Positions 1-13,059 of a stretch of 64,000 nucleotides of DNA are shown one piece after another (within the stretch, counting starts at the first letter, position 1; the number at the start of each line of letters is the position of its first letter). Position numbers and translations under genes: made by a program. Where the stretch lies: NCBI RefSeq assembly GCF_001194135.2, contig NC_068984.1, forward strand, positions 90,831,174 to 90,895,173, in the 5' to 3' direction. The stretch comes from Octopus bimaculoides. Its lineage: Eukaryota. The notes below the pieces were generated by a model, which was not told the origin of the DNA, made no database searches, and worked only from the letters and a program-made list of their open reading frames with translations.

Positions 1-236
1 TTCAAATAGTAGAAAATCTTTAGCAAAGTGAAAACAGTACTTATCCAAATTTTTCCGTAATTCAAACTTTATAGTGGATTTTCATCGATGAGTTCTTGAA
101 AATTGGTTATTTTCCCTAAAACTATATATATTTTATATATACTTTATCTATAAGGCTCAATTTAATTTTAATTTTTTATAAATTGATTTTAATTGAGTTT
201 TTTACCTGTAATTTTGGATTTTGTCCCTAATAATAT

Positions 237-267
<31 letters not shown>

Positions 268-1145
268 AGCTGGTGTACCCAGTAAATCCCAGGGTAAAGA
301 TGTTCTATTGAAATACCTTATTACTCTGATATATGAAAGCAATTTCATTATAACTGCCACAAAAGGTGTATTTTCCGTCACAAAAAAGTACAAAAAACTG
401 TCAGCTGGAGGATGGAGACATTGTTGGAGGTTGGCGAGAAGGATTGTCGGAGGTTAGCAAAAGGCAAAACATTATTCTGCTTAGCGAAGGCATCTGGGAA
501 TTGTATAACTGCTGCCATTCACAGAAAAACTATTGTTTTACCGTGAGAAAAGCGCTGTTGAAGTGTTAAGTGAAATTTGGCAATCGAGGATCGAATGCAT
601 TCTATGCCTGCATGAAGCCACAACAAATACGTTGTGGAATAAAAAATTTATCTACTGTCATAGAAAATATGTAACTGTAAAAATGTAGAATTATTGGAGT
701 AATAGGCATTCAAAAAAGTATGTGTATAGAAATGTATGAATGAAGTCTTTAATGTTTAAGAGTCAAAGTGCAATGATGATGTTTAGCAGTTCAAAACTGA
801 GTAGTGAAATGCAGAATTAGGTTGGCTGATCGTGAGAATCAAATATTGATCACTTCATTATAATCTGCAGGTGGTATGGGTTATTTCCCTTGAGTTGTTT
901 AAATAAAATATTAGTAATATGTAGTAGATAGAAGGATCCATTGGAAGGGCCTTATAGATTTTTTTCAACAATCTAAGTATATCATGAGGTTTCCAAACAT
1001 GAGTATTACTCACGCGTCAAATAAAGTATAAAAGCGATATTGTCTGCAAAAATTAGAAATAGGACACACAAAAAATCAATATTCAAAGTAATCAAATATA
1101 AATAATGAAATGGGTTATTTTCCTTGAGTGTTTAAAAAGCTATTG

Positions 1146-1713
1146 GGATCTTTTTTAAAACGGGGGCCACATTTTTCATTGACGAAACACTTTGAAACTT
1201 GGAACACTGGTAGAATGTGTCATATAAAACATCTTTTTCTCTTAGTCTTCTTAAAAAAAAAAGAAATCCATAAATTATTCCATGTTAAAGTTGTCGTATT
1301 TCTGTAATTTCAACCAATCACTGACGTCCATTCAGCCGATATACATTAAGTGCCGACTACATAAACAAACGATTCTGAAACAATTAACCCTAACCCTAAC
1401 CCTAGGGTTAGGGTTAGGGTTAAAGCAAATTTAAAATGAAAAAAGCAAATAAAACGAAGGTATGGAGATTAAATACGCTTTACATCGCTTAATCAGCCAA
1501 AGGACTAAATGTAAACAACTGAATACTTGTCAGTGATTGGTTGAAATTATCGAAATAAGACAATTTTTTACATGAAATAAATTCGAATACAAAAATATTT
1601 TTCTGTTCTATAACACAAAATAGATAAGTATACGAAGTCTGAAAGTCTTTCCGTACCAAAAACACTACGTAAAACATTAATGAAAAATGTGGCCCCCGTT
1701 TTAAAAAAGATCC
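1146..1713. mobile_element. MITE with 35-bp TIRs (GGATCTTTTTTAAAACGGGGGCCACATTTTTCATT), Merlin-like
   Basis: Perfect TIRs plus subterminal inverted matches (TTTCAACCAATCACTGAC). The 8-bp TSD is agctattg/aactattg (7/8). GG termini with an 8-bp TSD fit Merlin; the superfamily is inferred. Confidence 0.75.
1384..1423. repeat. Perfect 40-bp palindrome of telomeric hexamers T(TAACCC)3 TA (GGGTTA)3 A
   Basis: Read directly from the sequence; centre of symmetry at 1403/1404. Confidence 0.95.
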
Positions 1714-2009
1714 AACTATTGCACAGATGATATGGGTTATTTCCCTTGGGTGTTTAAAAAAAATTAGTTGTATGAGGTAGATATAAATATTCCTTCCAGG
1801 GGCCTTATTATCGATCTTTTCAACATTCAAAGTATGTCACAAGGTTTCCAGACATGAGTTCTACTCACATGTCAAGTTTCATCAAAATCAATAAAACGAT
1901 GTAGAAGGAGTTAGCTAACAATGCCACAAACACACACCGGTTTTCCACATATGTCGTAGATATACAGTCACATATACACACACATATATACACACACACA
2001 CACATATTT

Positions 2010-4310
2010 TGGGGACACCATTATGAAAGGTTGCTCAATAAAGAGAATGAATGGGAGAAAGAGAGTCTGTCGAATGTCAACCTAAGAGAGGGACCAGCTA
2101 TCCGAATTGACAGTACCTTGGTAGATAAAGCAATTAAGAGTATGAAGATAGGGAAAGCCCCCAGCCCATCAGGAATCACTGTAGAGATGCTCAAAATATC
2201 CGGCGGTGTCGGCTATAGCCTAGTTACCCGTATAGTTAACCAGGTGATACACGAAGGAGTCATACGCAATGACTGGTGTAGCAGCACCATAGTCAACTGC
2301 TACAAAGGTAAAGGTGACGCTTTAGATTAAAATAATTACAGAGGTATCAAGCTGTTAGATCAGGTAATGAAGGTCATAGCTCAACTAATTAGAGAGAGAG
2401 TCAGTTTAGATGAGATGCAGTTTGGGTTCGTGCCAGAGAAAAGCACCACTGATACTATATTTCTGGTAAGACAGCTTCAGGAGAAATACCTAGCCAAAGA
2501 TAAACCTCTGTACCTGGCTTTCATTGACATGGAGAAAGCCTTTGACAGGGCCCCCCGATCCCTTATCTGGTGGTCAATGAGGAAACGAGGGATAAATGAA
2601 TGGTTAGTGAGAGCTGTGCAAGCCATGTACAGGGATGCTGTCAGTAAGGTGATGGTTGGCAACGAGTACAGTGAAGAATTCTAGGTAGGAGTAGGTGTCC
2701 ACCAAGGATCAGTCGTCAGCCCCCTCTTATTCATCATAGTCCTCCAGGCAATAACACAGGAATTCAAGACAGGATGCTCCTGGGAGCTCCTCTATGCTGA
2801 TGACCTTGCTCTAATTGCTAGTTACAGGTGTGGAAGCAAGGATTAGAATCGAAGGACCTTAGAGTCAACCTAGCTAAAACCAAAGTCTTAATAAGTAGGA
2901 AGGCAAACAAACCACAAATCCCCTCAGGTAGATGGCCCTGTAGAAAAGGCGTAAGTAGAAACTCTATAAGATGTAACCAGTGTAAGCTATGGACACAGAA
3001 GAGGTGCAGAAATATCAAAGGAAAGCTAACTGGGAAGTTAGTTTTTGTATGTGGCAAATGCTCAGGTGCTATAAACACTGAAAATGTGCACAGTACAGCT
3101 TCTGTCACATTCCAGGGAGAAAAAACTAGAGGTAGTTGATAGCTTCCATTACCTAGGAAACAAGTCGATAGTGTGTGTGGGGGGGGATGGTCTGAAAGTA
3201 GCTGCTAAAATAAGAATATCCTGGGCAAAGTTCAGAGAGCTCCTACCTCTGTTGGTGACAAAGGGCTTCTCGCTCAGAGTAAAAGGTAGACTGTATGACG
3301 CATGTGAACGAACAACCATGCTACATGGCAGTGAAACATGGGCCGTGATTACTGAGGATATGCATAAGCTTGCAAGGAATGAAGCCAGTATGCTCCGCTG
3401 GATGTGTAATGTCAGTGTGCATACACGACAGAGTATAAGCGCCCTGAGAGAAAAGTTGAATTTAAGAAGCATAAGATATGGTGGGCAGAGAGATGACTGC
3501 GCTGGTATGGTCATGTGTTGCGAATGAATGAGGACAGCTGTGTGAAAAAGTATCACACCCTAGCGGTTGAGGGAAACTGTGGAAGAGGTAGACCCAGGAA
3601 GACCTGGGATGTGGTGAAGCACGACCTTCAAACATTGGGCCTTACCGAAGCAATGACTAAGTGACCGAAACCTTTGGAGATATGCTGTGCTTGAGAAAAC
3701 CCGACAAGCTAAGTGAGATTATAACCTGTAGCCTACAGTAGTGGGTGTAACCAGCCCACTTAAGAGTACCCCTCATTCATTGGACAGCAAACTTTGCTTG
3801 TGAAGACCTGATAAGTCAAGTGAAATCAAAATCGCTGACATGCCCGATGACAGTACCGCCTGATTGGCACTCGTGCCAGTGGAACATTAAAAGCACAATC
3901 CAAGCGTGATCGTTGCCAAGGCTGCTGATTGGCAGGTAAAAAGTACCATGTGAGCGTGATTGTTGCCAGCATTAGTTTACTGGCACATGTGCCGGTGGCA
4001 TGTGAAAAACAACATTCAAACATGGTCGTTGCCAGTACCACCGGACAGGCTCCCATGCAAGTAGCACATAAAAAACACCTTTTGAACGTGGTCATTGCCA
4101 GAACCGCCTGAGTAGCCCATGTGGCGGTGGCATGTAGAAGCAGCCACTACACTCTTGGAGTGGTTGGTGTTAGGAAGGGCATCCAGCTGTAGAAACTTTG
4201 CCAGATCAGATTGGAGCCTGGTGCAGCCTTCTGCCTCGCCAGTCCTCAGTCAAACTGTCCAACCCATGCCAGCATGGAAAGTGGACATTAAATGATGATG
4301 ATGATGATGA
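2010..4310 (+). mobile_element. 5'-truncated RTE-clade LINE (family A), frameshifted RT pseudogene with 3' UTR and (GAT)n tail
   Basis: ORF pieces KAPSPSGITVEML, QFGFVPEKSTTDTIF, LAFIDMEKAFDR, ELLYADDL, MLHGSETWA. The 3' UTR has ~70-bp tandem units and ends AACCCATGCCAGCATGGAAA..(GAT)n. Confidence 0.93.
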
Positions 4311-5394
4311 TATATNNNNNNNNNNNNNNNNNNNNNNNNNNNNNNNNNNNNNNNNNNNNNNNNNNNNNNNNNNNNNNNNNNNNNNNNNNNNNNNNNNNNN
4401 NNNNNNNNNNNNNNNNNNNNNNNNNNNNNNNNNNNNNNNNNNNNNNNNNNNNNNNNNNNNNNNNNNNNNNNNNNNNNNNNNNNNNNNNNNNNNNNNNNNN
4501 NNNNNNNNNNNNNNNNNNNNNNNNNNNNNNNNNNNACCCTCCCTATAGTGAGTTTTCTATTTGTAATGTTGAGTGACCAAGCACTCTTCTCCCATGAAAA
4601 GATATATAGATCCCCTATAGAACAGATAATTTTCAGAAGGGGCTTGTATAGCTGTAGAAATCAGTTAGTATGTGCACAACCTTAGAAGACTGCTGGCAGA
4701 AAAAAAAGAACCTACATTTTCTCAAGTTCATTTGAAAACAAGTCTGTCATAAGGATTACAGGGCTTACAAAATCTAGCAAATCCAGATGAAAATTTCTTT
4801 CAAAATTTGTTAAAGAATTGTTTTTTCCTGTGCCAGCCATTCCAGTACATGTGTAAGACATGTTGATGTTTGTCAAGAACTTTTGAATTATGTTCATGTT
4901 GTTGCATTTCCCATCTTTTCCCTCCCTTAGCTTCTATATCAATAGTTGTCCAATTCTCTACTAGAACATAGTTCAGTTTTTCTCCAAAAGTTTTGTTCTT
5001 TGTTGTAGAGAATTCTCTATTTGTATAATTTCAATTCTCTGTAAATATTCACTTTATCTTTTTGAAAACTTTATCTGAGTTGCTTAATTCTTGTATTCTT
5101 TAAGATGGTGGTACTCAGTCTTTTTGACAATGTAGTGCACTGGCAATTAAACATAAAATTATTGGTACACTTTGTTGTTTTTCCCTGACTAGGATGCACA
5201 AGCACTTTGTTGTGTTGACACCCCCAGACAATGAAGTAGGCTAGTCCAATACATAGATATAGAGGGAGAAGTCTAGACGTCGTAGTAGTTGAGTAGAGGT
5301 CATCCAAACGTGCGATATAACAGTGGCAATGAGGATGAGATAGCTCAGACAGCCATTGTGTAGTATTACGATATAACAGTGGCGACAAGGATTT

Positions 5395-5545
5395 TGTAGC
5401 TCACACAGCCACTGCGTAGTATTGCGATATAACACACTTTTACACACGCATATACATATGATGGGTTTTTTAGTTTCCTTATACCAAATTTGCTCACTAG
5501 GCTTTGGTCAGCCCAAGGCTACAGTAGAAGACACTAGCTTAGGGT
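5395..5545 (-). mobile_element. Partial tRNA-derived SINE fragment
   Basis: GGCTTTGGTCAGCCCAAGGCTACAGTAGAAGACACT matches the SINE body at 7590-7965. Similarity is clearest from about 5460. Confidence 0.55.
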
Positions 5546-5904
5546 ACTGCACATTAAATGGAAAGTTAAAAGAACAAATATTTTAAAGTGAGAAATTTAG
5601 AAAAAATATATATATATTGAAAACCTTGTTTTATTTATATATATGTACAACAAAATTGTGAATCTCATTTTTCAAGCCATTCAAGCATTAGTATAGATTT
5701 CCTAATGCTTTAAATTGTATTTTGAAAAACCTGCATCACACATAGATACTATTTGCAGTACACTGTTTGAGAATCCCTGCTCTACAGTTTGGGTTTTCTG
5801 TACTGAATTAATGTTATTTTACTGAATTTCTGTTTCTCAATAATTTTAAGGATAGCATTAGATAATATTTCTGAAGCATGACCTTTGAACGTTGGGCCTC
5901 ATGG

Positions 5905-6466
5905 AGGTGATGATGAGTGACCGAGACCTTTGAAGACATGCTGTGCTTGAGAACACCCAGCAAGCTAAGCGAGACTGTAACCATGACCTATGCCAGTGCA
6001 GCATACCCAGTCCATTTAAGAGTACCTTTCAATCATTGGGTAATAAACTGTGCTTGTGAAGACCTGTTGAGTCAAGTGAAGTCATTGTCATGGTCAATGC
6101 CAGTGCCGCCTCACTGGTCCCGTGCCAGTTGTATGTAAAAAGCACCATTCGAGCATGGTCGCCACCAGTGCCACCTGACTGGCTCCTGTGCTGGTGCCAC
6201 TGGCTATGACCATGCTCGAATGGTACTTTTTACGCAAAAAGCACCATTCAAGTGTGGTTGATACCAGTACTGCCTGAATGGCCCTCATGCCGGTGGCATG
6301 TAAAAAGCACCCACTACACTCTCAGAGTGGTTAGTATTAAGAAGGGCATCCAGCTGTAGAAACCTTGCCAGGTCAGATTGGAGCCTGGTACGGCCTTCTG
6401 GCTTGCTAGTCCTCAATCAAACCGTCCAACCCATGCCAGCATGGAAAGTAGATGTTAAATGATGAC
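5905..6466 (+). mobile_element. RTE family A 3' end fragment
   Basis: Homologous to 3620-4310 (GACCTTTGAAC.TTGGGCCT..., GGAAGGGCATCCAGCTGTAGAAAC..., GATGATGAC tail). Confidence 0.85.
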
Positions 6467-6730
6467 GATACATACAGATATATATACACACATATATATA
6501 TATATACATGCACACACACATACATACACAAATATGTGTGCACACACATATAAACATATACACACACACACACATATACATGTGCACACACAAATATACA
6601 TACATAAACATATGTACACACATATACATATAAACGTATGTATATGTACATACATATATACATGCATACATATATGTACACACACATATATATACATACA
6701 TATAAACATATCTGTATACACACACACATT
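6467..6730. repeat. Compound (TA/CA) microsatellite
   Basis: Alternating purine-pyrimidine low-complexity tract; it produces spurious ORFs. Confidence 0.9.
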
Positions 6731-6959
6731 CGGGTTATAAACTCATAGCCTTAACACAGTATTCTTTGCTGATAGTGTAAGATTAGTGTATTTCTCAGAA
6801 AGTATTACTTACTTTTAACACTCAATGCTTTTACTCTTCTGTACATTACATGCACATATTATCCATGGCTCTACCTATCTCCTTAACTTCTTCAATTTCT
6901 ATCACTTATTTGACTACTTCATTTCCTGTTTTGAAAATATCCATCAACCATCATCATAT

Positions 6960-7570
6960 TTATGTCCATCGGATTGCTTCCTCGTTGCTTTAGGCAACTC
7001 ATCTTGTCAGAACTCTACCAGTTCTAGGCTGATTACCTCTGGCAACAAATCTGTTTCACTCGCAATACATATGAAACGGTTAAGTAAATTACAACCAAGA
7101 CATGCTCCTTCACAACTAAAGCCCATAAATGTCAAGCAGTTTATTAATAATTGCACAAACAAATAACATTACCTATATACTTCAAAGTTAACCACAACCA
7201 TCAACTCGAAAGCCTTCATTTATCACCTGACTACCATCAGGAGAGAGCTTGGACATTCTCTCTTGTCTGCCTAATGGCAGCAGAGCTTACTGGTAACTTG
7301 CCAAGACTTTGAGGAATCTGTACCAACTACTACTCTTTATTAGTAGCACTACTGCTGAAAAGGTCTCCATATCTGCTACCTACATTGTCGATTCATACTG
7401 CCCAGATTCAACAAAACTTCTTAAATACTGCTTCACAGATTTACTACCTGCCAAAATTCTGTCCCTACACAAATAGATCAGCCCTGATGGTATCTGTTTC
7501 ATCATCCTCAAACAATGAGCTTTAGAAGTAGCTCTTATTCTTGCCAATTTCTTCAATCTTAGTTTTATTT
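6960..7570 (+). mobile_element. Highly decayed CR1/Jockey-like LINE fragment
   Basis: 7475-7560 translates SPDGICFIILKQ*ALEVALILANFFNLS, resembling the pre-RT motif GPDGI...LK..A.ELA..L..LFNLS. Confidence 0.5.
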
Positions 7571-7589
7571 ATCCTTTATCTTTTACTTG

Positions 7590-7965
7590 TTTCAGTCATT
7601 TGACTGCGGCCATGCTGGGGCACTGCCTTGAAGGGTTTTTAGACAAATAAATTGACCTCAGGACTTACTTTTTAAGCCTAGTACTTATTCTATCGGTCTC
7701 TTTTAATGAACTGCTAAGTTATGAGGACATAAACACACCAACACAGGTTGTTAAGCGATGGTGAAGGACAAACACAGACACAAACACGCACACAAATATA
7801 TATATATACACGAGGGGCTTTCGGTTTTCATCTACCAAATCTACTTACAAGGCTTTGGTTAGCCCAAGGCTATAATAGAAAACACTTGCCCAAGGTGCCA
7901 TGCAATGGGACTGAACCCAGAACCATGTGGTTGGGAAGCAAACTTCTTACCACACAACCATGCCT
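7590..7965 (-). mobile_element. Near full-length tRNA-derived SINE
   Basis: The minus-strand head has A-box-like TGGTTGTGTGG and B-box-like GGTTCAGTCCC. The body and tail recur at 24705, 39965, 45575 and 54445. Confidence 0.85.
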
Positions 7966-9612
7966 TTCTATAAAAGTTTATTGCAATCTTGTGTGCAGCG
8001 TGTTCCATTTCCAAAAAAGAGCAATTTCTGTCACCCTACCTCTTTCAAATTCAATATCTCAGAGGAAATGATAATATTTAACTGTAATGTCTTTCATTAC
8101 TTGAAGTTTCTCTCTCTCTCTCTGAGTAATCATCAATACAAATTCAATAAAACCAAATCTATTACAAACATGTGGCTCCTTGCTTTTGAAGACTTTAGCA
8201 AAAGAAGCATGACATCAATGAAGTATTTAACTATATCTAGCATGAGAACTTTCTAGCTAAGCTACCATTTGTCTCATTTCTTGATCATAAGCTTTCAGTC
8301 AGACAGCAGCTTTGCTGAATTGTCTGATAGGGTTCTATGTGATTCACAATAGCCACTGTGATGTTCTGCAGCATTCAGTAATGTGTTCTTCACTCATCTG
8401 TCTCTACATTATTGTCTTGCTTCACAACTCACTTTTATGCACTTCTTTTTAAATTTCTACATGCAGGAGTTATCTACACCTCATGCTAGACTTGTATCTT
8501 CACTTGTCATAAAGGACTTATAGCTAAAACTTTTTAAAAAGTGCTGAATTTTATAATCTGATTTTTATTAAAATTGCATTTCATAAACTAGGAGTCTTCT
8601 TTAAGACATGAAAAATTTCATACCTGATCAGTTGCTGAACTTCTACAAGACAAGCACACATTAGGGTGCTATGCATATATCTAAGGAAGTGTTGTTGCGA
8701 TATCCACACAGAAAGATAACTATACTACCTCTAAAAGAAGTCCATGTATTTTAACTGCTAGCATCACGTGCTGTTCTTTTCTGTTTCCCCTTCCAGCTAG
8801 CCTCACAGAATCTCCATTCAAGCCTACCAGTTTTGTCTCCCTTCAACACCTCTGTATTTCAGTCCCAGACAACACACAAAACATTATGATCCTTCCTTCC
8901 TTCAGAAGGAAGTGTCTGGAAATCCCTTCTCACTAATTGTTTTCCGGGAGGTATCAGCCAGTAGATATTCGAAATGAATATCAACTACATCAACTTTAAT
9001 TGACTGGAAAGATGTCTTCTTTTGACTAACTTATAAAACGAAGCAACATAGTTTGAAGACAAAAATTACATGCCACTAAAATTAAAGTTTCTATTATGGA
9101 CAAAGAACTGTCGTAGAAGCAACAGAATATAAAAGAGACAACATTAATTAAAAACTTAGTATGAAGTTCAGAATGGTTATCATTCATGAAATTAAGTTAA
9201 ATATATATTTCTACTGAAATAAAAGTTCAATTTAAACCAGAAAACATATATTATATATGGTACCTAATGACAAAAGAAGATTAAATTGTTCTTTAGTTTC
9301 ACAAAAAGAAAATACAAGCATAATGAACTCAAATTTAAAACACATTTTTCCCCACCTGTCAATTACATTAACTTTGAGCTAAATACTTCATTCTAAATAC
9401 TTTTAAACTATTGCTACTTGATGCATTTGTCCAATGCCAACTTGTACATATTTCAATATCAGACTGTAGAGAAAATGAAGTAAAGGAAAATGACTGAATT
9501 TAGACAAAATATATCAATTTATTCTGAAAGTAGATGTAAACACAAACTGAAAAAGGAAAAAAAAAAAAAAAAAACTGGAAACATTTAATATACAAACATT
9601 TCTCAATTTTTA

Positions 9613-9795
<183 letters not shown>

Positions 9796-10353
9796 TCAGT
9801 AACTTTAAGAAAATGAAAGAACATTCAGTAATCATTTGGAAAGATAAAACTAATTTAGATAACACCATGTCTGAGAATTTAGATAAAATTTGCTTCATAT
9901 AATAGCCATTACTATTCAGAACTTATGGAATCTACTTGAACACCACTATGCAAAGAAAAAAAAGAATCTCCTTAAGTTACTTCATAAATATTATGTTTTG
10001 TGGATCCTTTATTAATTGCTTTCAACTGAGCTGTATTCCTTCAGAAATTCAATGAGAAAATTCTTCAAAATTTGAAGACGTACCTCTGTAGACTGGGTTA
10101 TGTTCTATTACCTTGGACACCTACCCTAATAAAGACATAATCAGTTAAGAAATGAATTTATGATTAACTGAGCAATGCGATTTCCTTAACTTTTCTTTTC
10201 TAAAATATTCCCCATGTGAAATAAATATTACAAACTTTTAATATCAACATTGCAAATTTTTAATATCAGAGAGTGAAGCAATCTCAATTTAGCTGACTAC
10301 AACCTTGAATTAAATACTGATATGATTGAAAATGAATTGAAAGAAATACTTAC

Positions 10354-10417
10354 AGCAACTTCACCACCACTCGAGAGATAAGCACGAGCATCTTCAATAG
10401 CTAACAGAGCACATTTA
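10354..10417 (-). CDS. PFKFB: PFKFB exon 4
   Basis: 64 nt between tttcag and gtaagt. Translates (H)KCALLAIEDARAYLSSGGEVA, similar to CALAALRDV..YL...GGQIA of PFKFBs. The split codon CA+T joins in frame. Confidence 0.95.
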
Positions 10418-12169
10418 CTGAAACGGAGGTTAATAGCTTTTAAGTTTTCAATCATTTCATAAAATCAAAAATGTAACTTTTCTTTCAGAAATTCATGCTT
10501 GAAGGTAACTAACTATAATAATCTATTGAAATTGATCTTGAAATATATTTTATTTATTCTGATCAAAAACTTCTTGCTCATTATGAAAATTAAATTTAAG
10601 AGGGAATACAGATTATTTGATTTTCTTTTAATGCTACACATACAATATTCATTTCAATTATTGATTGAAATTATGAGTATTTAATCAAACAGTATGTTAC
10701 TAAAATCAATGAGATATTATAAGAGGAAGTAAATCTATTTTGATTGCCTGATATTATATCAAAATTGATATAATATCATGCTTAAGACCGTTAATTGAAA
10801 CGACCAATGAAACAAATCCATTTTTGAAGGTGTATCCTTTAACTAGTTTTAATTATATCATCATTTCTGTTCCATTTTAACAAAACTGTATGGTGAGGAA
10901 TCCTATATTGGGGAGTGGTAATGACTAGGGTAGGGTAGCTGACTGCTTATTGTGATCATTCGTCTTTTGGTTTCCTGTAGCTTTGCTTTTTTTTTTTTAC
11001 AAACCTAGTGAACATACATATATTTCCTATTTCACAAAAATTCGAACAATAAATATAAGACCCAAGTTAAAAAGATTCTCAACAATAAATGGCGGTGCCC
11101 CAGCATGGCCACAACACGAGCTGAAACTAGCTAAAATGAAAAAAATTAAAAAATGAACGCAACTTCTCTGGTTGACATTAAGACACCCACCCCCAATAAG
11201 GGCCTTAACTCCCACATTTTAGAGCTCCATGACCTCCATTTTGCAGGAGCAAAATCCTTTTAACAGGTTTCATAAGACTGAAATTTTGGAATCTGCCCAT
11301 AAAGATCAGTANNNNNNNNNNNNNNNNNNNNNNNNNNNNNNNNNNNNNNNNNNNNNNNNNNNNNNNNNNNNNNNNNNNNNNNNNNNNNNNNNNNNNNNNN
11401 NNNNNNNNNNNNNNNNNNNNNNATCATAGGTATTCCAGTTCATTAGAGAAAATATAACAGAAATTTTAATTTATAATTTTCTCAGAGATATTTCACATGT
11501 TTCGGTTCTTGGAAAAACGAACTTTATCAAAAATACATATTTAAAAAAAAAAACATAATTAAAAGAAAAGTTCATAATTGTTTCTCACTGGTGTCAACAT
11601 AGTCCACGAGGGAGCGTTTTTTTTGTATGGGTACATAATGGCTGTCTAGTGCGTTGACTTGAATCGTTGGCTGTAGTAGTAGTAGTGACCGTGTTGGTAA
11701 TGGTAAACGGGAGTGACCTCTGTCCGTGTAAGCAGCAGTAGTTAATTGGTTGTAGTAGTAGAGGAGGCAGTAGCAGTAGCACCTTTCGCAATTTTTAAGT
11801 TCCATTAATGCAGGCTTTCCTATTTTTTTCCAAGTGTCAGTGTTAATAATTGTAATATCACTGCCTGTATCTAGCTGTTACTTCAAGTTCACATTATCAA
11901 TTGTTATGTACACAAACTTTCTTTTGTGAGCCTTGCCTAGACTTTCTCTTGAGAAAACCTTCCCAGAATTTTTTTTTAACTCTCCAATGTGATCTTTTAT
12001 GTCTGATATTTTCACAGTTAAAACATTTTAAATTTTCAAACAGACAGTTATTTTTAAAATGTTGACCTCTACACCCTATAGCATGGATTGGGTCTTGGTC
12101 TTCGCTTTTCTTTTTCCTTATCCATTACAGGTTGACACGTATGTATCTGAAAGTAATTGTTTCCTTGCG

Positions 12170-12860
12170 CTATGTTATAGATTAATAATTCTCTGACACT
12201 CCTCTGCCACTGCCTGCAGAGTCAAGTTCTGGTTCTGTTCTAATTTTGTCAATATCCAGGCACGTATCTCTGCATCTTTGCTTGCAGCGAACCCTTGAAC
12301 AAAAATTATACATTTGAAAATGTCCAGGATTAATTCTTTTCATTTGAATTTTTCACATTCTAGATTGACAACTCCAGCATAGGTGATGAAATCTTCATCT
12401 TTTTTTCACTAAATTCAAACACTCCCAGTGAGTATTGAACAGGGAACTTCTCTCACTGAAAATTTTCAATAACGATGTTATTGTTTCATCAAAACAAAAC
12501 TTCACGAGGTTTTTTTTTTTTTTTTTTTGGCAGAAGGTAGTACAGTATTTTTCATGTTCGGTAGGAGATAATTTTCTTAAAAGTAGTTGTATCTTTTCAT
12601 TGTCCATCCAATTTTTGCATTCCTCTTTGAAGATTTCTTCATATCTTAGGAACCATGCAGAAAAAATAATACCATCTTCTGGGTTATAAGTAAATTCTGC
12701 AACTGCATTTGCTACACTGTCTGGCAAGAACGAACCTGAAGTATTTTTGGACTTCAACATTAATTCCAGCAACTGTTGGTGTTGTTGTTGTAATTGCTGC
12801 TGTAACTGTTGTTGCCGTTGCTGTTTCAACTGCACCACAGAGGCTAATAAGTTTCCATGT
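12170..12860 (-). mobile_element. Ty3/Gypsy LTR retrotransposon gag remnant
   Basis: Frameshifted translation QQQ..EFTYNPEDGIIFSAWFLRYEEIF...KIQLLLRKL...SLFNTHWECLNL..DFITYAGVVN...KLEQNQNLTLQAVAEECQRIINL, typical of invertebrate Gypsy gag proteins. Confidence 0.8.
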
Positions 12861-13059
12861 TAAATAATTTTTCTTTGATTTTGTATCAAAAGAAAATGTT
12901 AACATCCATCGTAAGCTTCGAATAAACTCGTTGCCACTTTTATATCCTTCCATACGTTGGATATACAGATTTCATGAAGCGAGGATAGACGCAACTGTCT
13001 TCACATCACATACTTCAAATTACTCCACTAAACATGATATTTCACTAAATACAAACTCT

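Larger units (their letters stand above)
870..1960 (+). repeat. Degenerate tandem unit of about 240 bp (TGGGTTATTTCCCTTGAGTGTTTAAA...) interrupted by the MITE
   Basis: Unit starts recur at about 875, 1110 and 1733. A downstream block (GGCCTTAT..TTTTCAACA..GGTTTCCA.ACATGAGT) is shared by the first and third copies. Confidence 0.6.

Noticed and set aside
330-620. GC-richer coding-looking segment (366-569 ORF)
   Set aside because: No recognisable domain in any frame I translated. It may be a TE remnant but cannot be assigned.
3826-4130. Regularly spaced ~70-bp repeats, superficially CRISPR-like (also 62700-63000)
   Set aside because: They are internal tandem repeats of the RTE 3' UTR, with no unique spacers or cas genes, in a eukaryotic context.
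4712-4897. ORF with the P-loop-like string GMAGTGKN
   Set aside because: It lacks the S/T after K, has no flanking helicase or NTPase motifs and no convincing splice context; probably chance.
7900-7965. tRNA-like A/B boxes
   Set aside because: This is a SINE head continuous with the SINE body, not a tRNA gene.
8624-8642. 19-nt AG...GT segment on the minus strand
   Set aside because: It would shift the frame and shows no PFKFB similarity.
9360-9463. Good minus-strand acceptor (ttttctctacag) just downstream of PFKFB exon 5
   Set aside because: The translation SDIEICTSWHW... has no similarity to the expected EVK..SPDY exon and soon reaches a stop.
11570-11810. Possible 3' LTR of the Gypsy element
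   Set aside because: I could see no similarity to the LTR-like segment at 12897-13000.
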